From the NCBI GenBank assembly GCA_002104905.1, contig MCFE01000057.1, positions 131,529-195,528 of the forward strand: a DNA stretch of 64,000 bases, given 5' to 3'. The DNA comes from Basidiobolus meristosporus CBS 931.73 (Eukaryota > Fungi > Basidiobolomycota). Below the pieces are notes generated by a model. The model saw only the letters and a program-made list of their open reading frames with translations. It did not search any database and had not been told where the DNA came from. The position numbers and the translations under genes were made by a program. Each line of letters begins with the position of its first letter. Position 1 is the stretch's first letter. Of this stretch, positions 1 through 14,412 are shown piece after piece.

Positions 1-765
1 ACTACATGTCTTCTGGCTATTCCGTTTAGAATAGAAGATATGTCAGTTCCTAAGGTCAGAAGGCCAAGTCATTGCGGCCTACATACATATAGGTTAGGAA
101 AGGTTTTGCTCCAACGGTACTAAAGGTGACTTCTTCTGAGTACTCAAAAGGAGTAATTCCTGGGTATACGCCTTTTCCTTGGCCTCTCCATTTGCCAACC
201 AAGGGCAAAATATGCTTCAATGTTGGGGCGGACATGGTCTTTGTGAATGATACAAATTCCGCGGGGCGTGTGGCTTTTGAGATAACCGGTTTCGGTCACG
301 TGACTGCGTTGGCGATATAATATCGCTACAGGGCATTTGAGTAACCATAAACACGTTCGAGCTGTATATATATATATACTCGTGATGAAGTTGATTGAAT
401 GTCAATCAATACATGGCTAAGCATCTAGAACATATGTTTACTAATAACACTGTAAGCCTGTCACGGTAGCGTTCCCAACACAATATTATGTGCACTGCGT
501 AGATACTGACAGCCCTCGACCCTTCCATAAATATGTGGTTACAAATAACACTACGACAAACAATTTCCAAATTACCTCTGCAATCCATATATCCTGCTGC
601 CCCTAAAATAACAATATAATCACATTAGCTCTCCCTACTCCTTGCACGCATTTCTGTATCATATAATACTGCTGTATATACTATTCCTTAGATAATCTGT
701 CTATAGTACTATCTTTCAGCATCAAACTCGCTACTTGACTCTCACCGCCTGGAATATTACAAGCG

Positions 766-2656
766 ATGACAAGACCTGAGACGAGCCGCTTGCCTGAAAA
801 CTCTATAACATCCAAAAACCGTGGGCGCTGGTTAGTTTTGGGGCTAAGCGCGTTCTCTTTAACTGGAAACTATTTTGTAAGTGAGCAGTCGTATTCTCTA
901 CTGAGCATCTTTTAATATGTGTCTAGGCATACGATATTCCAGCTGCTCTTAATGGGCAGCTGAGAGTTTACTTAGACTCTAACTATTACGACTGGCAGTA
1001 TTCTCTGGCCCTTATGTATATAGCATATTCCATACCGAATATATTCTTGCCTTTGACGATTGGCCGGCTGGTCGAAACTTACGGTACATACGACCTATTA
1101 AAGGCTAGCCACGACAAGTTATTTACTCTTACACTTAATAGGCCCTCGAAAGATATTTCTCCTCCTTTCTGGAATCGTCATAACCGGGCAACTTCTTTTC
1201 ACGCTCGGACTCTTTAAACGGTTTTTCCACTCATGATTCTAGGCCGCGGCTTACTGGGTGTTGGCGGAGAATCGTTGGGTGTTGCTCAAGCTCAGATGAC
1301 ATACCATTGGTTCAGTATAAAGGAGCTCGGCTTTGCTTTGGGAGTAAATCTATGCTTTGCGCGATTTGGTTCAGTAATTAACGACGTTGTGAGTCCTTAC
1401 ATTGCCACGAACCACGGAGGTGTCCTTTCAGCTTCATGCTTTGGATTGGTGATGTGTTTGGTTTCCGGAATTTGCGCAGTATTCTTTGTTTTGGCAGATT
1501 ACGTTGGTGAGGCCCAGGTCAGGTTAAAGATCCACCAAAGACTAGCAACCCACAGCGCTACCAACAAACGGTACAGTGACCAACTGACCAGCGCTGAGAA
1601 TGGGAATATACGCTGTAGCTATCTATCAGGGCTTTCGGATGGGTTTTCTCTCTTTGGTGATCGTGTTGATCAGCCTATGAGGCTTTCAGATATCTATCGC
1701 TTTCCGACCGAGTACTGGATTCTGTGCTGCATCATGGTTTGGTAAGTAGGGAATAAGATATCTATCACAGAGTCATTAATGAATCGATCATAGCTTTTAT
1801 GGCTCAACCATCCCATTTATCAACATCGGTATGTTTATGTTTGGTCTGATCATTGCTTGATGGAGATTCATTTCAGTCTAACAAACCAACAAACACAGGT
1901 TCGGATCTTTTGCAGCAAAAATGGCTTGGACAAGATCCCATCACTGCTGGTGCCCTTCTCTCGATTCCTGATTTGGTCTCCACACTGCTCTTACCATTTT
2001 CGGGTCTCTTGATGCATTTTCTTGGTTTCCGAATGGTAATCATGGTGTTCTGTGCCGGAATCATCGGCACTATACACTGGTCCTTCGCCTTCACCGAATG
2101 GTCTCCGCTCCCTGGGTTGATCGGCTTGGGCTGCATGTCAGCTGTGTATGCCACGGTAAACTCCTTGTATGAGCCTCTCTAGGGTCACAGCCTAACCTTT
2201 CTCTAGTATTTCTGGCCCACAATCTCCCTTTTCATCGATGAAGTCTACCTTCCAACCGCGTACGCCGTAGCGACAACGCTTCTCAACGCGTTCCTCAGCA
2301 TAGCTCCACTCGTTGTAGCTTTGCTAGTGAACAAAGGCCATCAATATGTCTGGGTGGAGGGGTTTTTCTGTGGCGTTATTTTGGTGGGATTGGTGGGTTT
2401 ACTCGCACTTTGGTTTTTTGACACTTGGTGGGGAAACGCTGTTCTTGCGGAGTCGAGGTGCCGTCAAAGATCCTATCAAGAGAACCCAGATTTTTCGGAT
2501 TCCGAGGATGATTATTTCGAAGAAACTGAAGAGGTCTACGGTGATTCGGAAGCAAACACGCCGGAGAACCGAATCGCTACTGATACGGGAAGAGAAAAGA
2601 CCCCCCTTATTCACCGTGTCGACCCACCGACATTGTACGGCACAGAGCCATCATAG
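766..2656 (+). CDS. MFS transporter, MFSD1-like (multi-exon)
   Basis: ATG at 766. Intron 877-926 joins GNYF to AYDIPAAL..., and MYIAYSIPNIFLP, GRGLLGVGGES and KELGFALGVNLCFARFGSVIN match MFSD1-family motifs. Further hydrophobic exons in ORFs 1233-1745, 1853-2182 and 2321-2656. Confidence 0.85.
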
Positions 2657-2818
2657 ATTATTTATTCACTGTTTTGATTCTTCCCTCCTGTAAACATTTT
2701 GACGTACCCGCTTTGTTATATATTGAACGAAACAGCGATAAATTTATAATAATCATAAGTGCGCTGATAAAAAGGGGGATTTTTACAATTAAAATAAGTA
2801 TACATTTAGGAAGCGAGA

Positions 2819-3370
2819 TCAGGTACACTCGCTAAGCTTCTGAAAGATTGGCAGGCGACAGGGCCTATGGAATATGGAGGCATCTTCTTGGCAATCGTAG
2901 TCCTCTTGAGACTTGAAAGGTTGGTAGATTGTACCTAAATGAGTTGGCGGCATTTCATCGATGTCGTGATTCGATTTTGTCCACCACAGACCCACATCAT
3001 TGGTAGTCGAGGGTGGCGTCAACTCTCCACAAAAATTCTCCAAACTATCGACATCGCTGAAGTTGCCTTCAGATGGCTCTGTGTCCGAGCTGGCCGAAGA
3101 AATATGAATAAAGCAACACCGCTGACCATAAGGACAGGATCCTTGCTCCCAAAAGGCCTTGCACATCAACGTCTTGTACTTCGGGTGACGGGTAACTGGC
3201 CGCAACTCGCTTTCACTGTGGGCGAACTGGCATTTTGCGCCATAACTATTAACAGGCGATTAATTGCAGGGTCGAGAACGCTCCTAAAATGTATCGACTC
3301 ACCGACAAACCCCAGTTTCCTCATAGTTTCGACATAGCTCGGTCTTGTAAAGAACTACCATCTTATTCAT
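2819..3370 (-). CDS. Tandem CCCH zinc-finger RNA-binding protein (TTP/ZFP36/Cth1-2 family); 5' end uncertain
   Basis: Spliced [17 protein letters not shown]|[47 protein letters not shown] gives two C-x8-C-x5-C-x3-H fingers with YKTEL-type lead-ins. Confidence 0.88.
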
Positions 3371-3826
3371 ACGTCGCCCCTCTCGTTTTGATGAAGATAC
3401 GCCTTTCCGAGTGCTCTTTTGCTGCTTTGGGGGATCTTTGGGAAGCAAGAGTTAGACTAGCACTAACGTGGTGAGCAGTGAAGATTTAGTTACTGTTGTC
3501 GGTGACCCACTGATCTCCACCAATCCATGTGATGTTACAACCGAAGAAACCCTTTGAAGTCATAATGCTGCTTTTGGTGTTCTTCGCAAGTGTGGCCAAA
3601 GTATATATACAGGGCCAGTAAGTGATCTACTGTTCTTGCTTCATTGATGGAATTAATTTAACTTTTGTTTGTGTTGAAGAGAATCAAATCAATGTCGTTT
3701 GAAGTGATTTTCATGAATTAAAGTTCCAACAACGAGCCTTTCAGTGACATGGATACTTTGAGTGATTGTATCTTCACTGATCTTGATCGCAACCAGTTTT
3801 TCGCGTAGCACTGATCACTTGGCCCT

Positions 3827-3904
3827 TGTTCCACTCCATCCGATGCTGCTCCATCAACAATAGTGTGTTCCACTCCATCCGATGCTGCTCCATCAACAAT
3901 AGTG
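3827..3904. repeat. Perfect 39-bp tandem duplication
   Basis: TGTTCCACTCCATCCGATGCTGCTCCATCAACAATAGTG occurs twice, back to back. Confidence 0.95.
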
Positions 3905-4939
3905 GACAGCGAGGTCAATCAGCCTTTGAACATATAAATCCACGCTTGTTTTGGCGTTCATTTGGCGTAGACGCAAACTGGGAATGATTACGGGGATTTA
4001 CACGAATCACCCACCTGTTATAAGAGGGGACTCGCCCATATTGCCAAAAGAACCACTTCTCCATGTTACCGAGAAATCGGCTTAAATAGTTCCGTAGGAA
4101 CTCATGCAATGGAAACGCATCTAGTAACCTGTTACACGTGGATCCATCATATTAGGAATATCCTAGAGTCCCGGGTGCGAGTTCCGAGGATTTGTCACTC
4201 TAGAATTATGTTAAACACGTAGACGATGGAACGCATAACGATGCAGGCTGGAAACATATTAACCTTGTTGCTCCAATAGCAATCTCGATGTTTTCGTAAT
4301 CACCTCGCTGCATTTGCTTATTAGCTGATACTAGAATCTCCCAAGTTGCATGGTCCTCGACAAATCTGGAATAAATGATTCCATATATGAAGCGTCAGCT
4401 GATGGTGGGCCAACTTCGAGTCGATCCTTATGGGGCCAATCCTAATTGCCAGCTCTCCAAGAAAACAAACCTTCAAATGTCCAGGTCTGGCTCTCGCCAA
4501 TATATAGAAATTCTTCACTCTTCCAGTAGCGAAGCACTCTTCATTCAGTATGCAAACGCGGGTGCGTCTATTTCATATTAGGAAATGGAGCCCTTATCCC
4601 TACCCTTTGCAGCATTTCCATATATCACCATAATTCATCAACTCCGAGCTGCAAAGGATTCCTTTTACTGGAGGACTTGGTGAGGCTAGATGCACAAATT
4701 ACGCTTTCCACATTAGTAGGCGAGGATTGAGCCTGACAACTATATTCTTGATTTCCTTAAACAACCTGGTTCCATTAAGTTCTTTCGATCCGAACGAATC
4801 AAGAGGATTGGATTGGTCTTTGTTGATTGGCTCGCGCGAATCTCGAATCGCTTCTACGCTACTCGCCGAACATCATAAATAGTGTGTTTGTAGAGAAATC
4901 TCTTCAGCCAGCACCGTCTCCTCTTTTACTACAATCGTC

Positions 4940-6295
4940 ATGTCCAAGTTCCAAGAAATCGAATCTCTGTTCACTCTTTCCCCCGAAACCGTCAAGGATA
5001 TCGTCGTTGATATCAAGGAAGATTTGCAAGAGGGCCTTATCTCCAAGGATCCCAACAATCTTGGCCAAATCCCTTCCTACGTCACCGCTCTTCCCACCGG
5101 AAAAGAAACCGGTACCTACCTCGCCATTGATCTTGGTGGTACCAACCTTCGTACTGCCGCCGTTACTCTTCTCGGAGACGGTCAAGTTGGTGTCAACATG
5201 AAGAAGTACCCCATCTCCATGGATATCCGTACCGGTGCCGGAGAAAAGCTCTTCGATTGGATTGCCGACTGCACTGCTGATCTTCTCAACGATGCTACTC
5301 TTAACATTGGTACTGCCAACTTGCACATGGGTGTTACTTTCTCCTTCGCCCTCGACCAAACCGCCATCGATCGTGGTACCGTTGGTAAGATGGGTAAGGG
5401 TTTCAACCTTAGCGGTGTTACTGGTCATGACTTGAAGGACCTTCTTGAGGGAGGTTTCCATCGCAAGGGACTTAACAACATCATCGTTTCTGCTATCATC
5501 AACGATACCGTTGGAACCCTCGTCTCCCACGCCTATGCCTCCCCTACCACCAAGGTCGGTCTTATTCTGGCCACTGGCACCAACGCTGCCTACCTTGAAT
5601 CTGGTGAACAAATCGCCAAATACAAGGGTCCCGCTGTTGACAAGATGATCCTCAACACTGAATACAGCATCATGGGTAAGAGACTCCCCATCACCAAGTA
5701 CGACAAAGCTCTTGATGACGCAACCTTCACTCCTGGTTTCCAACGCCTTGAGAAGATGGTCTCCGGCATGTACATGGGTGAAATCGCTCGTCGTATTTTG
5801 GTAGATCTCTGCGAAAGCGGTGAGCTTTTCAATGGCAAGCTTCCCCAAAACCTCGAGAAGCCCTATGAATTCAAGACTCTCTTCATGTCCACCATTGAGA
5901 GCGACCCCACTCCCGAGCACGCCAACATCCCCAGCCTTTTCGCCAAGCACTTCCCTACTGCTGAGCCCGTCTCCCTTGAGGACTGCAACAAGATCCACCG
6001 CATCTGTAAATTGATTGCTACCCGTTCTGCCAGCATTGTTGGTGCTGCCATTGCTGCCTTGTTGCTTCAAGCCAACGAAAAGACCGTGTTCTTGGATACC
6101 GATGAAGTCACCACTGTTGGTATTGATGGATCCGTCTACGAATTCTATCCTTACTTCACCCAACGTATTCGTCGTGCCATCGAGCTCGGTTTGGGCAAGG
6201 AACGTGCCGACCGTGTCAAGTTGGAACTCGCTCGTGATGGTGGCTGCATTGGCGCCGCTTTGATTGCCATGGTTGCCGCTACCAAGAAGAACTAA
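4940..6295 (+). CDS. Hexokinase-family protein, atypical (GlcNAc kinase / HxkC-D-like signature), intronless
   Basis: LAIDLGGTNLR, INDTVGTL, GTNAAY, EKMVSGMYMGE and DGSVY are present. The canonical FSFP..WTKGF is replaced by FSFA..MGKGF. Confidence 0.93.
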   Translation: MSKFQEIESLFTLSPETVKDIVVDIKEDLQEGLISKDPNNLGQIPSYVTALPTGKETGTYLAIDLGGTNLRTAAVTLLGDGQVGVNMKKYPISMDIRTGAGEKLFDWIADCTADLLNDATLNIGTANLHMGVTFSFALDQTAIDRGTVGKMGKGFNLSGVTGHDLKDLLEGGFHRKGLNNIIVSAIINDTVGTLVSHAYASPTTKVGLILATGTNAAYLESGEQIAKYKGPAVDKMILNTEYSIMGKRLPITKYDKALDDATFTPGFQRLEKMVSGMYMGEIARRILVDLCESGELFNGKLPQNLEKPYEFKTLFMSTIESDPTPEHANIPSLFAKHFPTAEPVSLEDCNKIHRICKLIATRSASIVGAAIAALLLQANEKTVFLDTDEVTTVGIDGSVYEFYPYFTQRIRRAIELGLGKERADRVKLELARDGGCIGAALIAMVAATKKN

Positions 6296-6912
6296 ATTTC
6301 CCTTCGACTCGTGCTTTTATCCAAGTTTTAAATATGCAGTACACACTTGGTTTTGTAAATACAACATGCTAGAATTTCCTAAACCAAATAAATTCATCGT
6401 AAGCCAAACTTGCTTTTTGCTATTATGTATCAGTACGAAACTGGTTTAATTAGTGGTGGAACCTGGGTATTTTTCGCTCATTGACTACCCTGTGGTGAGA
6501 CTAAAATCTGACCTAAAAAATAACCCCTTTTATGGGAACTACAGAGTTGGTCCAAGATTTATCCAAGACAATCAGGGACACTCAAGATGTCAAATGACAT
6601 CCCATGTATCATTCGGCCCCAGGTGACAAATTCCTTCGGTGCCCGAAAACTCGCCACCTTTCACATGAGCAGTTTGAAACTATTATCCATTATTGCATGC
6701 GAAACCAAATATTCCAATATGGAATTAATGCCGAACCACCTGAGACAACATCAGATCAGCTTGACTCACGATGGTTACACGCGACTTCGGTTTGTGCACT
6801 CACGAGAGCTCTTCCCGCAACTTTATAAAGTACCAGCCAGTGGGTGTTCTATTGCTATTGCCTTGCTTCTTCATCTACTCATTGCATACTCACTATTCCC
6901 ATTAATCCACCC

Positions 6913-7365
6913 ATGATGCCAACGATCCACGGAAGCCGCTACAGTGTTTGGACACCAGTTCTTGACACACAAATAGAATCTGCAGTGAAATATCTTTCCG
7001 CTTTGCCTTTGCAGAGCCAGTGCCATACCAGCATCTTTCAATTCGTTAAACGTCTGGTCTATCGAGGAAAGCTATCCGCTTTCATCTTGAATTCATCGCT
7101 TGTTTACCTGGATCGTTTAAAAGTCGCTGGAAGGATGGAGCGTGTTAAAGATACATCCATAGAGCTTGTATTCCTTGCTTCAATTTTATTGGCTCAAAAG
7201 TTCGCTGAAGACAGGGTACTCTCGAAATTCAAGGTTATCGAAATTACACGTGATACCTGGACTTCATCTCAAATTGCCCAAGTTGAACGCACCCTTCTTG
7301 GTCACCTGAATTACAACATTTGGATAACCACTGAGGAAGTGGACAAGTTCCTTCTACATCATTAG
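6913..7365 (+). CDS. Cyclin-fold protein (Pho80/PCL-like cyclin N domain)
   Basis: SSLVYLDRL, VFLASILLAQKFAED and VERTLLGHLNYNIWIT match the cyclin box. First ATG in the ORF is at 6913. Confidence 0.75.
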   Translation: MMPTIHGSRYSVWTPVLDTQIESAVKYLSALPLQSQCHTSIFQFVKRLVYRGKLSAFILNSSLVYLDRLKVAGRMERVKDTSIELVFLASILLAQKFAEDRVLSKFKVIEITRDTWTSSQIAQVERTLLGHLNYNIWITTEEVDKFLLHH

Positions 7366-7862
7366 AAGCTGTTCATATCTAATCACTTGTACATACACAT
7401 CACACTGCATTCATAAAAACCGTCACCTCACTTGAACAACTATATACTGTCTATGTATTTGAGTTTACTGAAATCAGCACCTTGCCATATCAAAGAACTA
7501 CTGTGCAATTTTTGCCATAACCTAATACACTTCACCTTGAAATAACTGTAACACGGGCCTTGGAGGTGATTTGAGGCCTTTATGCATCTGGTGGAATCTT
7601 TTAAGCCTAGATAATGTAATTGACTTGGAAAGATCACGGTGAAGGTGAGTAATTATAGGAGGCTTTTGGGTGTTTCTACAAAGCCTTCAATATTTCTAAA
7701 ACCCTGCAGAATAAATTCAGATCAAATGTGTAATGCCAATTATCAGCAACAAACGTGACGGAATAGATCTAGTATACCAATGTGCCTGCGGGTGAAACCA
7801 GGCTTCACTCAAATCCCTATGACCATTCACTACATATGCACTATGTGAAAGAGTGTAAAAAC

Positions 7863-8195
7863 TGTTGTAAGAGTCTTGGAGATATTGGAAGTGATTTGGG
7901 AGGACAAGTAGATTATGTGGTTTTCACTTGATGATTTATTGAATGCAAAAGTAGTATTTGTACTTTTACATGGTCTTGGCATAACAAACACGTAGAATAG
8001 GTTAAGGAAGGTCCCAAGAACATGTATGCAAAGTTTGGGGCTGTTTGGACAACTTATCTAATTTTCATGTTCTGGGTAAATATTCTAAGTAAATCCCAAC
8101 CAGGAATTTGGTCAGTATTCCCTACGATTCGAAGGTAATGATCTAAGTGTCTAAGTTAGGTGAATATTTAGGTGGAATTACGAATTTTTACAACA
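7863..8195 (-). mobile_element. Copia solo LTR with 5-bp target-site duplication
   Basis: TGTTG...CAACA termini flanked on both sides by AAAAC (7858-7862, 8196-8200). Reverse complement aligns with the LTR at 58005-58354. Confidence 0.88.
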
Positions 8196-8539
8196 AAAAC
8201 AACCTACCTAAGTCCACTCCCTTTCATAGTTCGAATTAGGTAATACAAGGGTGAGCTCACTATGGTAAGGTTCATTTCTATGTTTACAGCACTCCACAAC
8301 TTTCAATAACTGCCAAAATACCTTCACCTTTTAGACATTATAGAGTCTGGGCCACAATATTAAAACAATGATAGGCGGCACCCTTCACAGTTTAGCCAGT
8401 TGTCTAGGAAACAAACTTGAGAAATTTCAGGAATATGCTTCTATTGAAATTCAAGATGGGACCATGCAATTACTCAGGTATATTTAGAAATAGCGTGGTA
8501 GTTCTACAATGAATATATTAAATTAAAGAAAAGCACATA

Positions 8540-8864
8540 TGCTGTAAGAGTTTTGAGGATATCAGGAGTGATTGGGAGAACAGGTAGATTATGTGGTCTT
8601 CACTCAATGATTTATTGAATGCAAAAGTGGTATTTATATCTTTGCTTAATCTCGGCAGAGAAAACACGTAGAGTACAATTGGGTAGGTCTTCAGAGCTTG
8701 TGTGCAAAGTCTTTGGACACCCTAGCAAATTTTCATGTCCTGAGTACCGGATGTTTTGGTGAGACATTCAAGGGGCATTAACTTCCAAGATTTGTATGAT
8801 GCAAGTAACCAAGTCAATGGAATATTTAGGTGTAATTGAGGAATTTTCAAGAACTTCAAAAACA
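8540..8864 (-). mobile_element. Diverged LTR of the same Copia family
   Basis: TGCTGTAAGAGTTTTGAGGATATCAGGAGTGATTGGGAG...GATTATGTGG...TTTATTGAATGCAAAAGT parallels 7863 onward. No clear TSD. Confidence 0.55.
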
Positions 8865-9726
8865 TAACGATCAAATATCTAGAGCATGGTTTAGAAGCTT
8901 GTGAACCAAGTCTGAGATCTTTTGGAGGTACTTGACAATTTGGTTGCTTCCCCCATTTCCAATTATCAGTATCATATGAAAATAAGAATTAATCTTACAA
9001 TATCTAAGACATGAATACTCTTGACCAAAACTGATTTTGAGATCAAGTACTGAGGTTTTGAGTGAATTTTGTACAATTATGACAAAAAATTCATGAGAGG
9101 TCCCAGGAGGTATGTGTAAGCTTGCAAAGTCTTTTAGATAAGTCTGAAACCATTGATAATTTCTAGGACTTCTACAATTTGAAGTCGAAGTAGAAGTTAA
9201 AGTGCCGAAATTAATCGTCTAATTTAGCACCTAAAACATCCGGGCCATATATCTTTGAGAATCAAGTGGATGTGTCGAGTTTATTCAGTGTTTTAGGAGC
9301 AAGTGAGAGAAAAATTTGGAAGTGCCTATATTATCTAGAAGTGTGATGCTTACCTGCCTACTTACTGTAATACATTTGAACTTTTGATAAACATAATCGA
9401 GCTAATTATAGGATTATACTATGGAAGACCATGGAAATATGCATACGAAGTTTCGGTATTTGATGGCTTGGGATAGAACATTACGCCCACTCGATTGAAA
9501 AATTAGGGTCTTTTGGGGCATTGCTTGAATTCTGTGATTGATGAGATTTGGAATGTGGAAACAAAGCAGTCAATAGTGCATGACTATATGTATGTTAATA
9601 ACTGCTAGCCAAACAAAGTCATGTATTTTAGAAAGGTTCAGGTTGATGGTTGTGTTTATTGTGGGAGAAATTAGAATTACGCTATGGATGGGTTTTATGA
9701 CATAATATACATGCTATGCAAGCTAT

Positions 9727-10848
9727 CTACAAAGAATTCACATCTAACCTGATGGATTTTACCCAGGAATCATTCAAAATATCACTAATCGAGGCCCGAG
9801 TAACGGGGTTAGGGTCTAGCATTCTTTGGATGATGGGTACTGCGGACTTTGGGATGCGGTTGAAGTATCGTGGGTTATCCCTATGCTTCAGAAACATTTT
9901 ATAGCCATAGTCGAAGGATTTTGCCATGGACCATGGGAATGAGCGTAGGATCATAGCTAGGTATACAACTGCAATAGACCAGATGTCTGACTTGCGAGGA
10001 TCATACGGGCTTCTAGAATGGAGTTCGGGTGCGATATAAGCCTCGGATCCACAGGTGGTTGTAGCCAATCTGATTCTTTTCTCAATCGACGCCGGGGAGC
10101 GGAAAACGAAGGCGCAGCCAAAGTCTATCAGCTTGACCGAATTCTTCTCGGTGATGCAAATATTTTCAAGTTTGATGTCGCGGTGGGCGATGCCAAGGGA
10201 ATGCATGTGACTTATGGCATGTACTATCTGTACGAAATATCTCGCCGCCATTTTCTCGTCAACTTGGTTCGATTCAACCAGCTGGTACAAGTCGTGTGGG
10301 CAGTATTCCATGACTGAATGTATCTTGCCATCCTCCTTTATCACTTCATGTGTCTGAATGATGAAAGGGTTGCTTAACAAGGTAGCAACGGTGATCTCGT
10401 TATTCAGCCACTGCATATATTTGTGCAATGGTTCATCCTTACGAGCCTCGCGGTGTGTTTTGACTGCAAACATTCTTCCATCGCTATTACGGCAAGTAAC
10501 CTTGACCGAACCCCCACTTCCGGATATGCGTTCCTCGACTATTACTCCATAGGCTTTCTGGATGGTTCCGCATTTTTGTTTCACAAGCGAGGAGAGGAGA
10601 TTCGAAGAACTCTGCACTTCACTTTTCGAAATGCACAGGACCTTTTTTACAAACGCTAGTATGCTTCTCGTGGCTCTTGTTTCCTTTGAGCGTGAGGAGA
10701 ACATTTCTTTTCCACCTTTAGTGAATGGCACAAGCGCTTGTCTGCTAGGGTCGGTGGTTTGTAAAGAAGTAACTAGCTTCTTGGCATCTGTTGTAATTAG
10801 CTTGTGGTTGATAACTTCGTCTATAGTTTCGGATGAGAGGGAATACAT
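9727..10848 (-). CDS. Ser/Thr protein kinase, HAL/NPR1/SAT4-like
   Basis: GSGGSVK, AVK, HRDIKLEN, DFG, TCGSEAYIAPE and DIWS motifs; single exon. Confidence 0.9.
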   Translation of the reverse strand: MYSLSSETIDEVINHKLITTDAKKLVTSLQTTDPSRQALVPFTKGGKEMFSSRSKETRATRSILAFVKKVLCISKSEVQSSSNLLSSLVKQKCGTIQKAYGVIVEERISGSGGSVKVTCRNSDGRMFAVKTHREARKDEPLHKYMQWLNNEITVATLLSNPFIIQTHEVIKEDGKIHSVMEYCPHDLYQLVESNQVDEKMAARYFVQIVHAISHMHSLGIAHRDIKLENICITEKNSVKLIDFGCAFVFRSPASIEKRIRLATTTCGSEAYIAPELHSRSPYDPRKSDIWSIAVVYLAMILRSFPWSMAKSFDYGYKMFLKHRDNPRYFNRIPKSAVPIIQRMLDPNPVTRASISDILNDSWVKSIRLDVNSL

Positions 10849-12185
10849 GGTATAAAGGAAAGGTAGGAAACACCAGGTCTGTCAGTCAATTTCATAGATA
10901 TTTAAATTTCTTGGCTTCATCCCAAGGTCACACTACTCATTATATACTAAACCCTTAATGACATCCCCAAGCATCCAGCATTAAAACCATTTATGGCAGG
11001 CGATGTCTTATTTTGCTATATTTACGCGGATAAATATAGGAATACAGGAGCTCGAATATTGACGAACATAAAGTGGCTGAAAAGCGATTTTTTAATTTGA
11101 GGATTTCTAATCAATACACCGACCTCATTCTTACGATATGGCTGTAATTGTTTACATGGTATATGTACCCATAATAGCTTATATAATGTGGCTGTCAATG
11201 TTTCACAGAAACCCAAAAGTCTGACGCTCATTATTTCTTTACTTCGCTTGGGTGACCCCAAAGGTTGGTTGTTCGGTTAATCTATGATATTCTATCAATA
11301 TAAATAGATCATCTCTGGATTTAGCAGTATTACTAGTTCGCTACATCAAGCCTCGTGGCAATTTGCTAAATAATTCATCGTCAATTTACTGCGACTGAAC
11401 GGCACCAGAACAAATGAGCTAAAATTATATTCTAAATGCCAGGATTTGCTCAAATTTAACCGAGATTTCTGAGGATTCGTTTTTTTGACCTCCGAAATGC
11501 TGCAATTTTAGTTTGGGAACAGGTTAATCAGTCATCTATCCAATAGAATTGCCTGACCAAAGTGTTTGATGTTAGCCTTTTATAGAACAATGAGGAACCT
11601 TCTATATTGAACTTATTGTTCGGTATCTTTCTGAGCAAAGTAGAGGTTTCGGCGAAGTGTTAATTATCCGTGCAAATAGGAGCACCAAGCTTTAGGGAAT
11701 TAGAGGGGAATTTAGCTGGTCGGCATTGACGCTATTCCTTTTTGGTCACCTTATGGAGTTTAACTCTTGGTTGTTTTGGATATACTTTCTAGAACTGTGA
11801 GTTGGGTAGCCGAAGGTCGTGGCAAAATTGCTGATCTCCACAGAGCTATCCCTATAGGATTGTTATCGTACATATTCTTTCTTGATGTTCTTTCCCTAAT
11901 TCTATTCCCAGAAATTGTCTCTAGAATTCTAAATAAGTGATCCGTAGGTAGAAGGGGTTTGTCTCGCTTTCGGTAGTAATGTATCAAGTGTAGTACATTT
12001 CCCAATACCATTGTGGCCACCTACTTCACACTAGATTATGTATCATACCAAGCAATTGGATAGTATCTCGAAACGCGTACTCACGTTACTTGCCTATGTG
12101 GTATAGAAGCAAATGGAATATCTACTAACTAGTTTATTTATCATACTATTAATATCAAACATGAATAATGAATGGATGAGTTTAA

Positions 12186-13816
<1,631 letters not shown>

Positions 13817-14412
13817 TATGTGTAGAAATATATGCTAACGTTCAAGAATAGCTTAAGAAATATTTTCTACTATAGTAACTTCGAAGCACCTCAACTCCAC
13901 CAGTACGACGTAATCACTTGCGATCAGGGGATAGTTGACAATATTACGTGTGCTGAAATTTTTTACCATTCAACTAACAGTTGAGTTAATTTTTGGTTTA
14001 TATAAATGCTTGATAATTGCTTGAAAATTCGATGGTTTTATGGCTGAACATCACCATGGTTTGATGAAGTGGATAGTGTGTATTTAATGAAATAAATTAA
14101 AGGATTAATGAATTTCCACGGGCTACCTTACCACAACAGTTGTGAGGGTATTTCTAGTTGGTGTTGGAGATCATTGATTGGGGTTCATTGTGTTGATATC
14201 ATAACCATCATATGTACCACTTTATAAATATCCAATCTCATGACGTAATTATATAGAGATCGTTTACTGGGGCTTTTGGATTTCTTCGAATTTGCTCGAG
14301 AAGCAACGTGTACTTCTTAACCTCATCATCTCCAACCAAGTTCATCATCTCAGCTGTTTAATCTTTTTGTAAAATAAATTAGCGAAGTTTCTCAATAGAT
14401 ACAGTGTGGGAA

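Noticed and set aside
3718-3918. 66-aa ORF containing the 39-bp duplication
   Set aside because: TTG start and no homology cues; the repeat is recorded as a feature only.
4904-6163. Long antisense ORFs over hexokinase, IDH1, clathrin and chitin synthase (e.g. 4904-6163, 43249-43965, 18317-19204, 26090-27001)
   Set aside because: Shadow ORFs produced by strong codon bias of the sense genes; no independent motifs.
6604-6828. ORF upstream of the cyclin-like gene
   Set aside because: No recognisable motif or splice link; cannot be supported as an exon or uORF.
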